Positions 48,700-59,295 of a stretch of 64,000 nucleotides of DNA are shown one piece after another (position 1 is the first letter of the stretch; every line of letters begins with the position of its first letter). The position numbers and the translations under genes were made by a program. Source of the DNA: Marsupella aquatica (Eukaryota > Plantae > Marchantiophyta); the NCBI GenBank assembly GCA_973895155.1, contig OZ316897.1, positions 8,517,832 through 8,581,831 on the forward strand, written 5' to 3'. The notes beneath the pieces were generated by a model. That model ran no database searches and was not told the origin of the DNA. It saw only the letters and a program-made list of their open reading frames with translations.

Positions 48700-50360
48700 T
48701 GCCCAACCTATTGGATCACAGAACGGCAATTATTTGGCCGATCGATTTTGAAATTCCCTTTCTGACCCATTTCGAGGGTCCAGTGTCTCTGGATGGATTT
48801 CCATGAGCTATGTACGACAAATAATTTTACAGGCTTTCACGTGTTTGTGAAACATCAAACGAACATCCCCTATCATCAAAATACAAATTTGCTCTCACCT
48901 CAGGACTGAAGATAACCGCTGGCATAAGGTTGTACCTATTTTCTGTATATTCAGTCCAGAACCCGGCAGTGCTATGGAATTTCCTCCACAAGGAGCATGG
49001 TGACCACAACAGAAGTCTCTGCCATTATTACAGATGTCCCCTCTTGAATAACAACCGTTGTGCGTAGTATGCTCCACATAGTGATCCGTACATTCTATGA
49101 GATCCCACACTAGAGGATACCATACCGAGACTTACTCCAGTGGAAGAGTGGGCACTTGAGAAGCAACGCACCCAAGGAAGTCCTTCTCGTAATGAATCTT
49201 CCAAGCTATCATTTCGTGCGGCAAAAGATAAAGAGTTGATGGCTGTCTGATATACAGGTACGATTCACAGAAGTCCAGATCCAGACTATAGCATTATAAC
49301 AAAGTTGTGTCAAGAAAGAGTTCTGCAGCCATCGGATAACAGTGAATGCTTTCCAGCGAAGTTACCAATACCGGGTCCCGTCTGATATTCTTCAGTGGGG
49401 TGAATGTCTTGTCGTGTACGACAATTGAAAAGACCTGTCCACAACGATAATAGTGAATCGCAAGAGGTCCCAAACAGACCATACCTGGTACATGTTGATA
49501 GGCGGGCACGGCCTGTAAAACAAATATCGTCTTCCTTAGATAATCGGACAAGTTCACCCGTCTTCCTTGGATAATCGGACAAGCTCACCCAAAAATCCCC
49601 TGCCAGATCTGTGCAGTTCCAGCTCCATCAAGGTGATCCGGAGGGGATCCTCTCGATTCGAAGAAGGAAATCCGATGCCCTGAGCCAGATTTTCTAACAA
49701 GAAACTCTACCTGTGTAGGTGACTTCATTCACTGGTTCAATCCAGTAACGGCTGACTTGTCGAACAACTTGTTAAACCTCCGTCGGTGCAGACCCTCTGC
49801 ACGCAAAATCTGCATCCTAAACAGGAACCCCTACCCATCCCAATACTTGACCCACTTACAGTCACCGGTCTCCGGCCCAGGCTCATCATAAGGTCTAGTG
49901 ATCCTCTTCACCTGCACCTCTCCGAATGTTGCTTCCATAAGCTAACCTATTTTCTGCTAGGATCACCGAGAAATTTGCAACTAATCTCTTCCTTCCAGAG
50001 CCTCTATATCTCTTCCTTTCCTGAACCTGTCCTGTCCACGGGTATTCCGGGACATGTTACAGTAAGCTGGTGATCCTGCTCATTGGCCTTCGTTCCTCAA
50101 GATTGGTACTGATCCAGTTGAATGTCCAGACTTCTACTCTGAAAATTAATTCCTGAACACCTGTGCTGTTTTGAAACCCTCCGTTTTAGTGCACCAGGGG
50201 TCCATTCGATAGCGGGAAGAAGGACCACGACTGTGGCTAAAACCTCAGACCAGCGAGGACAAACCTTACAAAGTTTATCGCAGTGGTGTCAACAAGTGAA
50301 GTCTTCCTATCCATACACGTACAATGTGCAGCAACTGATCACTACAGAGCTTCCACCCAA
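48700..50360 (-). pseudogene. Decayed coding-like region, possibly an F-box protein pseudogene
   Basis: Long protein-like frames broken by single stops, frameshifts and a ~29-bp duplication (49533-49590); the 5' part gives KLCSDQLLHIV.../CDKLCKVCPRWSEVL, resembling an F-box motif. Confidence 0.25.
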
Positions 50361-50992
50361 CAGCTAAACTGACATCTAGATTCAAAACGAAGCCAAATTC
50401 TTGGCTTTGGGGCAGCTGGGGAAGAAAAAAAGACAATTAAAACGACTACTCGTAATAAATCATGACGAACATCGACGACGATATTCGTGAATGAACCCAT
50501 TTGAGGGCTTCCACCAGCGAGGAGTTCATAACATAAGTCTAAAACGGGTTCACCAATTTTAAGATAAATGACAACGCAAGAGACAAGGGACGAGAACAAA
50601 ATCACCGCGAAAAACTTGCGAACCAAAATGGTACAACAACCAGCTGTCCAGGGCAAGCAATCCAATGGAAAAGAAACTCCGAGGAACGAGGCACTGCATA
50701 ATTGTTGTTGAACATTGGACCCAAAGGTTATCCAGAATAAATTTACAATTTTCTCCTTTCCATCAGATGAAAAACTATCTATATGAAAATGTGATCTCCA
50801 ACTGAATAGGCGACAGTCTCAGACTACTTCGCTACGTGGTACACCGATTGGGAGAAGACGTCTCGCTCCTCTCGGGAAGGGGAGGATTAGTATAATGTTC
50901 CCGGATTCCTACAAGTTATCGAAGGCCCAATCAGCTTTACACCGGCAAGAAGGGCAAAAATGTATGGTCTCACCTACCCACCATCGAGGTCT

Positions 50993-51766
50993 TCAGTCAG
51001 GGGTAATCCTCAACAGCTTGCGCTGCTTCTTCGACATCTTTTTGAGGGTTTTAGGGTTCGTTATCCGCTGGACGGGTTGAGTTCGGAGCTCATTCTCCTT
51101 CTTGATTCTCTTCCGGACCTCGATTTGCTCACGCTTAGCCCTCTTGCTGAGCCGAATCTGCTCCTTCAGCTCGCCGAGCCGCGCCTTGTACGCCTTCTTA
51201 ACCTGCCGGACGACATTCTTCTCCTCCAGCGTCGACTTCCGCCCGACCACCTTCAAACACAATCCCATAGAAAATGAGAGACAAAATCAAATCATCACAA
51301 CTGCAACCTAATTCGGATGGAACAAACATCATGCAACTTTCCGACTTGGCAAGTGAGATCATATCCCTCCACATTTCCTTGTTTTGCCTACCGCACATCT
51401 AGAGAACAGGTCAAGGTTTACACAGGGCACCTTCAAAGCGGCGGCTCTGCACCCCTTGGGCTGCTTCCATTTTCTCCCCGAGATTTTCCCCGCGCGGACT
51501 CCATCATACGTCGCCTTGCCTACGGGGATGGGTCGGTCGCCTTCGCCTGTGATCGCGGCTCTCTTGTTGGGATGGACCGAGGGCTCCAAGCGCGAACCGA
51601 GGCCCATCGCCGCTGCATCTTCGGCTGCTGCTGCTGCGGCGGCGAGTCGCTCCTCCTCCTCCTCCTCCGCTTGCCGTTTGCGTTTGGCCTTGGGGTTGTT
51701 GAGCGGGCCTCCCAATCCCTCGTCCAGGAAACGGAAGTCGATCACGGTGGGCGTGGGCGTCGCCAT
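50993..51766 (-). CDS. Cgr1/CCDC86-family rRNA-processing coiled-coil protein, 197 aa
   Basis: Exons 51766-51431 and 51250-50993; motifs IDFRFLDEGLGG, GKATYDGVRAGKISGRKWK, KKENELRT.VQRITNPKTLKKMSKKQRKLL. Confidence 0.88.
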
Positions 51767-51792
51767 CGCTCCTCCTCTCTCGAGCTTTCCTC

Positions 51793-52288
51793 GATAGAAA
51801 TGCGAAAGAAAAAAAGTATGGATGTGTTTTCTCTTTCTTCTGTTTCTCTTTGGCTTTTGGGGGCAGAGCCATTGTACCAAGGGTCTGTGGCTAGGGTTTA
51901 AAGGTGTGGTTCATGGATTCGCTTAGTAAGGGTTTAGAGTTGGCCCTCAGGATCGGCCAGGTTGCACCTGTAAGCGAAGGATTTACTGAGGATCGGCCAT
52001 CTTACACGTGTAACCCACCCGTGACACCTCACTGGCTTTACTATTGTGGTAATTTAGGGATAGAAATGCGAAAGAAAGACTGTGTAGATGTGTTTTCGCT
52101 TTCTTCTGTTTCTCTTTGGCTTTTGGGGGCAGAGCCATACTGTTGCAAGGGTCTGTGGCTAGGGTTTAAAGGTGTGGGTCATGGATTCGCTTACAAAGGG
52201 TTTAGTGTTGGCCCTCTGGGATTGGCCACTTACACCTGTAAGCTACCCGTGACACCTCACTGGCTTTACTATTGTGGTAATTTAGGGG
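51793..52288 (-). promoter_or_regulatory. Tandemly duplicated (~266-bp period) promoter/5' UTR of the CGR1-like gene, each copy with a telo-box
   Basis: Copies start GATAGAAATGCGAAAGAAA at 51793 and 52059; AAACCCTA on the minus strand at 51892-51899 and 52160-52167. Confidence 0.75.
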
Positions 52289-52877
52289 TCAAAATAGCAT
52301 CATAAAGGATGTACGGGCAAGGACGTGGAACTCTTTTATGGCCAGGACATAACTCCTTATGGGCTACCTAAATACAGTGGCCCCTGGATAAACGCACCCT
52401 CTCAGGAACAACGATCTGTCATGCACTTAAGCAGGTGTTGCATGACTTGATAAGCGCACATCCCACTAAAAGTGCTGTAATAGATAAGTGTGCTTAATTT
52501 GGGATCCTTTGTTAAATGTGTAATTATCCAAGGTTTCCAAGTATTTGAGACCAAATTGTCTGGGAGATGGCAGATTGAGCACTACCAAGTGAATGAACAA
52601 TGATATGGACTCCAGAACTCACCATGCACGTTGTAAATAGTGCAATATACCCAGATCACACAGAACATTAGTGTCCGGTGTGTAGTAAAAACAAAAGTGG
52701 TCTGTCTACAGTTCCTACATTGGGCCTACACAACTTCTTCAATACCGATAGCAGTATGGATTGAGCAATCCCCTTCAACTAAGGAGCTTTCTGCCTGGTC
52801 TACTTCGCCCTCCACAGCCTCAGCCGTGTATTTCCCTTCAATATAGGTCCATCTGCCATCTGGGCTAAAAGTTCCGT

Positions 52878-53312
52878 TCAATTTCTTCCACCTATGAAGC
52901 TGGCAAAGCATTTGCCATCCAGATCAAGCCGAAAATGGAACTCTGCTACGTGGCGATGTGTCCTAAGGCAAGCAGTCACCCAATCCCAGGATACACAGCG
53001 GATGCTTGATGACAATCGAAACGGGCACTTCCAGCAAACACATTGTTTCTCAATGATAGTTGACCACGAAGAGGTGATGATGTGGGTAGTAGTGCTAGGG
53101 TTTATCTTCGTGGCAAAGACTCCCCCGAAAAGCTTGAATCTGTCATGGAGAACAGTGTATTGTGTCCATCCCACCTTCCCATCAAACATGAAGCATGCAT
53201 TGACCCCTCGGAAAAACTGATCTTCCCCGGGACTTCCTATGTGTTGAGGATCCATGGGTCCAAGGAAGTACTTCGTTGTCCAACTCTTTATCTCGTGTCC
53301 ACTACAATCCAT
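52878..53312 (-). CDS. Stand-alone single BRCT-domain protein (144 aa), gene or young pseudogene
   Basis: FFRGVNACF...LHDRFKLFGGVF...TTTHII...IRCVSWDWVTACL...AEFHFRL matches the BRCT pattern F.G..F / GG / THxI / V...W..xC / E..Y. Confidence 0.6.
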   Translation of the reverse strand: MDCSGHEIKSWTTKYFLGPMDPQHIGSPGEDQFFRGVNACFMFDGKVGWTQYTVLHDRFKLFGGVFATKINPSTTTHIITSSWSTIIEKQCVCWKCPFRLSSSIRCVSWDWVTACLRTHRHVAEFHFRLDLDGKCFASFIGGRN

Positions 53313-53722
53313 TCACTCGAGCTATTATGACAGTATTGAAGTGAAACATCAGAACTGCCCACGCGTCCAGGGAAACACTTTGTTGGCCAAGACTCGTTAT
53401 CTTGTATCCACTACAATCCATTCACTCGAGCTATTATTGAAGTGAAATCAGCACTGCCCATGCGTCCAGGGAAGCACTTCGTTGGCTAGGACTCTTTATC
53501 CCGTGTCCACTACAATCCATTCACTCGAGCTGTGACATCAAAGTGAAATAAGCACTGCCTATGCGTCCAGGGAGAAGCACTTCGTTGGCCCAAGTCCCTT
53601 TATCTCGTGCCGACATCGAAGTGAAATCAGCACTGCCCATGCGGACAAGTCACATTTGTAAAATCCATTTACTCGAGCTATGACATCGAAGCGAAATCAG
53701 CACTGTCCATGCGTCCAGGGAA
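53252..53722. repeat. ~100-bp tandem repeat (4-5 diverged units) overlapping the BRCT ORF start
   Basis: TCCACTACAATCCATTCACTCGAGCT...GAAGTGAAATCAGCACTGCCCATGCGTCCAGGG recurs. Confidence 0.85.
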
Positions 53723-53961
53723 TTGTAGAGGCAATATGTGAAAATCAATTCTTCTGGATTCAACCTCACTCGTCTTGTGCGCAATGCCGATATATTTCTA
53801 ATTTGGTGTTTTCTCGACAATGTGGGGATTCTGGTTCTTTCTTTCTGCTTCATAAGGTTTTATCATTACAGTCCATGACAAAAACTAAGCAATGCAAGAC
53901 TCTGAGAGGCTACCGATGCCAATCTGTCACAGTTCTGGACCGTGCGTGTGTTGTTTTAGCT

Positions 53962-54190
53962 TATCATTCGTCGTGTGCGGTCTACTAGTGTCCTTTATGG
54001 AGCAGATTGGGGAGCTTCAGACCAGATTCTTGAAGCTGACAAAGATGCACAGAAGAAGATGGAAGAGGACTTCGATGCATTTACAGAGTCCAAGAGTGTC
54101 GACCTAGCTAAGCCTCTATCAGATGCAAACATCCCCTACAAGCATCGTGAAAGATGATGATTCGAAGGAGAGGATCTACTGTATCTCGAG
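53962..54190 (+). pseudogene. Internal fragment of a universal stress protein (PHOS32/PHOS34-like) gene
   Basis: VRSTSVLYGADWG...QKKMEEDFDAFTESKSVDLAKPLSDANIPYK, then a frameshift into IVKDDDSKER (cf. IPFKIHIVKDHDMKERLCLE); both termini missing. Confidence 0.8.
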
Positions 54191-54633
54191 ATATAGCGCG
54201 CGGGAGTCAATGCCGGTACGTATTCCCTTGTTAAGAGTTAATCAGCCTCGGAACCTCCATGTGCAGGGCTCCATGTTTGCAGGGCTACTGTCGCATACAA
54301 GTAGTCATCTGCATGGACAGGATTGATGTAGAGGGTCTACAACAAAATGAATGCATGATCTAGAAAGTGATGCTTTCCTGAATTGGAGACGCAGGACAGC
54401 AACCTTTTTCCATTTTTTTCTCAGAATCTCCGAGTGATTCAATTGTTGCTCATCCTTGTCCCAGGAAAAAGGCTTGCAACTGAAGTTAAGTCTCAGCTCT
54501 TCCTATCCGGTTGCACTATCTGCAAAAAGCTCTTACGAAACCTTTTCTATGCCGGTGTTTTGAATTCTGGCACTTCGGTCGCGATGCAAGAATCAAGAAA
54601 GATGAAGTAAATCTTTAACTGCAAGATAAGTGC

Positions 54634-57600
54634 TCATGACAACCGCTGTTTACGGGCAGGTGTCTTGATGGCAGGTGTCTTGGTTGCAGGTGTTTTGATT
54701 GCAGGAAACTTTAAGCCTGCCTTGCTTCTAGATACAATAAACCTTTGTCGCGCCTCCAACACTACTGAACTGTTCGGTTGGAACTCGTAAGTACTTGTGC
54801 TCCCAGTCATATTTATCGGTACACCTTCCCTCACAAACTCATCTGGGTGTGGAAGACTTGTATCTACAACTCGATACCATGTCATCCCAGCTGGTGCCTC
54901 TGGCAAGGTAGCCACGACAGCAACTTGGCGAGCATTAAACGCAATATATACATCAGCAGTTCGTATCCCTTTACCCTCTGGCCCATCAGCATGCAAGTGC
55001 TCCCCCAAAAATGGACTTTCTTTCTCGTCCCATTGGGGCTCCAGGGAATCGACCCCATGCCAAGTTATGGACCCCAGTCCAGCAAAATTATTCCGTTTGA
55101 GTAGATCCTTGTGACGCAACCGGAAATCTATAAGTGAAGAGATAAAACGACTAATTTGTTGTCCAAACTCTGTGTCCACATAACTCCACAAGAACTGAGA
55201 TGAGCTCTGATCAACGCCAACGTTGCCCCCTTTGGAATGCCCATATTCGTCACCCATGTTCATTACAGGAACCCCTTCTGATAACAGAAGAGCCAATATG
55301 AAATTACGAACTTGCTTCACACGGGTTTCCAGTACAGCATCGTCATTTGATGGCCCTTCTGCTCCACAATTCCAGCTCAGCTCACCCGAAAGTTGATCAC
55401 TTTCACTGTAGCTTACAAGGTCAGCAAGAGTCAACCCATACGAACTAGTCACAAAGTTGAATGAATGATTTGGGCTACGTCCACTGGCGAATAGATCCCC
55501 ACTGCCGCAGAGCCGAGTGGAAAAAGTACTAAGTTGGTTCAAATCTCCCCTCATAAAACTCCGTACATTATCTCGAAAGGAATTATTCCACTCACACCAC
55601 CTCTTCCAGTGTGGAAACGTAAACGACTTGCAGATTCCTGTAAACGGAGAGCTGTTATTGACAATCAGCTTGGTGCTGGCCAGGATAGGATCAAAAGAGA
55701 TGGCTTCCACCAAAGGTGGTCGACTCAACTCTTGTCCATGGGGCCCAGTTACAAGAGCAGAACCATTGACGAATAGGAAACCATCTACATGGAACTCCTC
55801 CACCCAATATCTCAGGCTGTCCACAATCATTGTTTGCACGAAGGGATGATTGCAGTTGAATGCATTGTCTGCTCCGACCTCCGATTTTACAACCCTGCCA
55901 AATTCGTTCAGAATGTAGAACGTTGAATTGTCAATGCCACGAAACGACACTGTTTTGGGTGACTCGTCTCCACCTTCTGAAGTGTGACCGAACACCACTT
56001 CTAAGATGACCTCGATGCCAAGCTTGTGAAGCTGCTTCACCATTCTTTTGAGAGACGTACATGCTGACAAATTATCTCCAGGACCAAGCTGGGCGGCAGG
56101 GGTAAAGAAATTGAAAGGGTTCAAATGATCATCAAAATACGAAAAAATAGGCTCCAGGATGACTGCAGTAACGCCAAGATTAACTAGATGTTGACCTTTC
56201 TGTATTAGACCATCAAACGTGCCCCTTACGCCCTCATCCAAGTCACTGGACTCATCTGCCGTAAAGCCTGTCACATTCAATCTATATGCGAACAAACGTT
56301 CTAATGGAGTATGCAGGAAAGCGTCATCTTCCCAGTTGAATGGACCAGTTTCGGCTTTCAACCACCCAAGGACAGTAGCCACTGATGAGGACTTTTCTTG
56401 GCCAGCTTCAAACGGAGCCAAAAGCTTTGCATAGGGATCCAAGAGCACATGGCGCCCCTGGAATCGATTTCCACTCTCCCAACTTAGTCCTCCCTTACAA
56501 CGATAACCATATCGAGTGAATCCACTGATATCCTCCAATTCAACATGCCAGACATCTCCAGTCCGATGAATGAGTGGATCCAAATCAATCTCCATCGATG
56601 GCTCTTTAGTGTCATCATCCTTATACAGGCATAAAATGACATTTTCAGCGTTCTTGGAGTACAAAGCAAAATTTCCTGCCCCGTCCCTTTTCCGTGTAAA
56701 CCCCAGAGGCTCAGGCCGCCCCTTTCCTACGCCAATAGGGATGCAAAAGTTTCCACCGACAGAATTTCTTATCCATATCGCTCTCCTATTTGCGACAGCC
56801 GGTTGGTAGAGAAGGAAGTGCACATAAAAAGGTGCCTTCTCTGCATCAAATTCCAGCTTCAACCTCTGTTCCCTCGACAATGACACCGCTTGCAAAGGAG
56901 TCCTCATGGCTTCAGTCTTTCCCATGATGTATTTCGTATCAGGCGGAGCAGAACCAGGATCAAGCAGCACCCAGTCCTTCGAGTTAGACCTGAAGAGACC
57001 CCAGTGAAGCACAAAGGACCCAGGACTTTCCGGCAGATCAACTCGTATCTCAACATTGTACGTTGAAGCAACAGTCGCCCCAGTATCTACCGTCGCCCTT
57101 ACTTGACCGCCGCCCTCGGTATGAAACAGAAATTGCTGAGCTCCTTTGGGAGCCGACTTAGTAGCTGGTGAAGGAGATACATTGCTAGTCTTCGTAGCTC
57201 CAACCTGTGCGTCGGAATTCTCTCGGGTCCGATCATCGTTTCTCAGTAAGGGATTCCGAAACAAGTTCCTGTCATGCTTCCATGAAGAACTTGTCGTCGT
57301 CGGAGTTTCACCAACCTTGCTGCTGGTGGGCAATAACCTAGAGCTCCTCCTCGCCTCGCTTTTCCTCTCTCTCTTCCCTTTACAAATTACGGCCTCGCAT
57401 CTCACATCCAGCCTTCTCCTCTCTCTGCTTCCTTCAGAGTGCAGGGCCTCGCATCTCATATCCCAGTGCTTCACCGATGATTGTATGAGCTTGCTGCCTG
57501 AATCAGCTCTTGCCGGACAACAATTAGATGCCGACAATGGCTGCTGCTGCTGCTGCTGTTGTCCGAGAAATCGGGAGGAGGAGGGGGAAGCCAAGTGCCC

Positions 57601-57636
57601 CGAGAGAGCGGACATTGGCCTCGCCATCGTCGCCAT
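54634..57636 (-). CDS. ISA2: Isoamylase 2, plastid (non-catalytic GH13 debranching-enzyme subunit), intronless, 1000 aa
   Basis: Transit-peptide-like N-terminus, CBM48 (NFALYSKNA, HRTGDVWH, LLDPYAK) and GH13 barrel. The catalytic motifs are degenerate as expected for ISA2: VDGFLFVN (for DGFRFD), KLIVNN (for KLIAE) and NFVTSSYG (for NFVTAHDG). Confidence 0.95.
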   Translation of the reverse strand: MATMARPMSALSGHLASPSSSRFLGQQQQQQQPLSASNCCPARADSGSKLIQSSVKHWDMRCEALHSEGSRERRRLDVRCEAVICKGKRERKSEARRSSRLLPTSSKVGETPTTTSSSWKHDRNLFRNPLLRNDDRTRENSDAQVGATKTSNVSPSPATKSAPKGAQQFLFHTEGGGQVRATVDTGATVASTYNVEIRVDLPESPGSFVLHWGLFRSNSKDWVLLDPGSAPPDTKYIMGKTEAMRTPLQAVSLSREQRLKLEFDAEKAPFYVHFLLYQPAVANRRAIWIRNSVGGNFCIPIGVGKGRPEPLGFTRKRDGAGNFALYSKNAENVILCLYKDDDTKEPSMEIDLDPLIHRTGDVWHVELEDISGFTRYGYRCKGGLSWESGNRFQGRHVLLDPYAKLLAPFEAGQEKSSSVATVLGWLKAETGPFNWEDDAFLHTPLERLFAYRLNVTGFTADESSDLDEGVRGTFDGLIQKGQHLVNLGVTAVILEPIFSYFDDHLNPFNFFTPAAQLGPGDNLSACTSLKRMVKQLHKLGIEVILEVVFGHTSEGGDESPKTVSFRGIDNSTFYILNEFGRVVKSEVGADNAFNCNHPFVQTMIVDSLRYWVEEFHVDGFLFVNGSALVTGPHGQELSRPPLVEAISFDPILASTKLIVNNSSPFTGICKSFTFPHWKRWCEWNNSFRDNVRSFMRGDLNQLSTFSTRLCGSGDLFASGRSPNHSFNFVTSSYGLTLADLVSYSESDQLSGELSWNCGAEGPSNDDAVLETRVKQVRNFILALLLSEGVPVMNMGDEYGHSKGGNVGVDQSSSQFLWSYVDTEFGQQISRFISSLIDFRLRHKDLLKRNNFAGLGSITWHGVDSLEPQWDEKESPFLGEHLHADGPEGKGIRTADVYIAFNARQVAVVATLPEAPAGMTWYRVVDTSLPHPDEFVREGVPINMTGSTSTYEFQPNSSVVLEARQRFIVSRSKAGLKFPAIKTPATKTPAIKTPARKQRLS

Positions 57637-58079
57637 TGTGAGAGCAACCAGAAATCAAAATGCTGTGACAACGATTAGGGAACGGGAAGAAAAGGAGAGA
57701 GAAATCAGTGGCGGAAGCGTTTCGGGACCTCAATCAGTCGCACCCATCGCTGCTTTGCTCCGATTCGAAGCTCATCGCTGCGAATTGCCACAGAGTACCT
57801 CCATCGCGTCGTTTCCGCATCGTCACAGAGCTGCTATGGCCAGAATTCGAATTCGGAGAAACCATCAAGTGTCTGCTGTGGAAATAAATTGCACGAGGGG
57901 AAGAGGAGTATTGCAATGCCTTTCTTCGGTAACATTTTTTCCCACTGGGTTTTGGAGATTGACACTTTATTGGAGTATATGAAACAAACTGTATATGAAA
58001 CTACCTGATTAACGTAAATAGAGATAAGAGAGATAAGACAAAAAAAAAACTTGCGTTGTTCATCTTTGTCTCCATCCCT

Positions 58080-58207
58080 CTCTTTTTTCACCCTCACTTC
58101 TATTTTGTTAAGGTTAACGCTAAGGACAGAAACTATGGATTACATCCCCCTCTTTTGTCACCCTCACTTCGATTTTGTTAAGGTTAAGGACAGAAACTAT
58201 GGATTAC
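58080..58207. repeat. ~70-bp tandem duplication upstream of ISA2
   Basis: TCACCCTCACTTC.ATTTTGTTAAGGTTAA...GGACAGAAACTATGGATTAC x2. Confidence 0.85.
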
Positions 58208-59295
58208 CAATTCTGGGTTAAAAAAAATTGCCATAAAGATTCGTCATTTGGGCATTCATGGCTACTTCGCATAGTTAAGCCATAGACCATAATTCCAACC
58301 ATAATTCCTTGATGCTTGTGAGTAGGGGTTTGTATGACTATTTGGGCATTCTTGGCCTCCTCTCTACAGTGAAGCCATGGACCAGAATTTCTTTATGCTT
58401 GGGAGTAGGGGCTGCCATGGAGAGTGTGGGTACGGGGAGCCAGTCATGTGTATTGGCACAGGTATTTGTGCTACCTAGGAGGCTATTTGCCAAGTTATGC
58501 ACCACCTTTCCACATATATACTATTGAGGTAAGATTGTATTCACAGGGTATATGAGTTGGAGATTCCCATGAACATGGTGGTACATCTCCACGACTCCTC
58601 CACAAAACTCAATACCTCGACGACACATATGGAAAGAAACATCCATGGAAGCTGATGGCATTGTCAACATGGATACAGAAGCATTACAATAAACACAAGT
58701 AAAGTTCAGAATGCTCGAGGAGAGCATTTCAGAACACATCAAGCGAGCTGTCTCAGATCTTCAGGATTCTGCCTGAATTGGACATTTGATTGTAAACTTT
58801 TCTGCAATCTCTAAGCTTTGTTGGCTAACAGAACACCTCAACACTAAAATTACATTATCCTAAAACTAAATAATAGTACTGCTTATCTTGGCCAATCTGG
58901 CTAAAGCGACTTCATTCTCAAATCCGCCCACATTGGTGCTCTAAACCCTGTCGGAAGACGTATCCTAGATTTACCTCGATCCACACCTGTAATACGATTT
59001 GAAAACGGACCATTCGTAAAACAAGCTGAGGTACCAATTGGAACATCTCTCAGATCAAAGCTACCTTCCTTTAATATCTTTCGTTTCACAATTCATTACT
59101 TCTTAGTACTGGGGTTTACTTTTCCATATATCAGATGGCTATCGATATAAACATGCCCACAAGATTTGAAGTTCGGAGCAAGGGGGCCTTTGCCACTTAA
59201 GTGCACATTCTCCCAACTATTACCTGAAGAAAAACCAATGTATGTAACAGCAAACGTTCGATTTCGAGTGCTGCTTGTTGGGTGCAACTCCGTTC

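Noticed and set aside
49310-49600. Tyrosine recombinase (GELVRL..DDI.F)
   Set aside because: The catalytic Arg before GEL and the downstream HxxR/Y motifs are absent
53252-53722. CRISPR-like array (also considered for 20369-20875)
   Set aside because: Whole units are homologous with no unique spacers, no cas genes, and the context is eukaryotic
54634-57636. Loss of catalytic residues and lack of introns as a novelty or horizontal transfer
   Set aside because: Both are normal properties of plant ISA2
57146-57982. 278-aa plus-strand ORF
   Set aside because: Antisense shadow of the ISA2 transit peptide and leader
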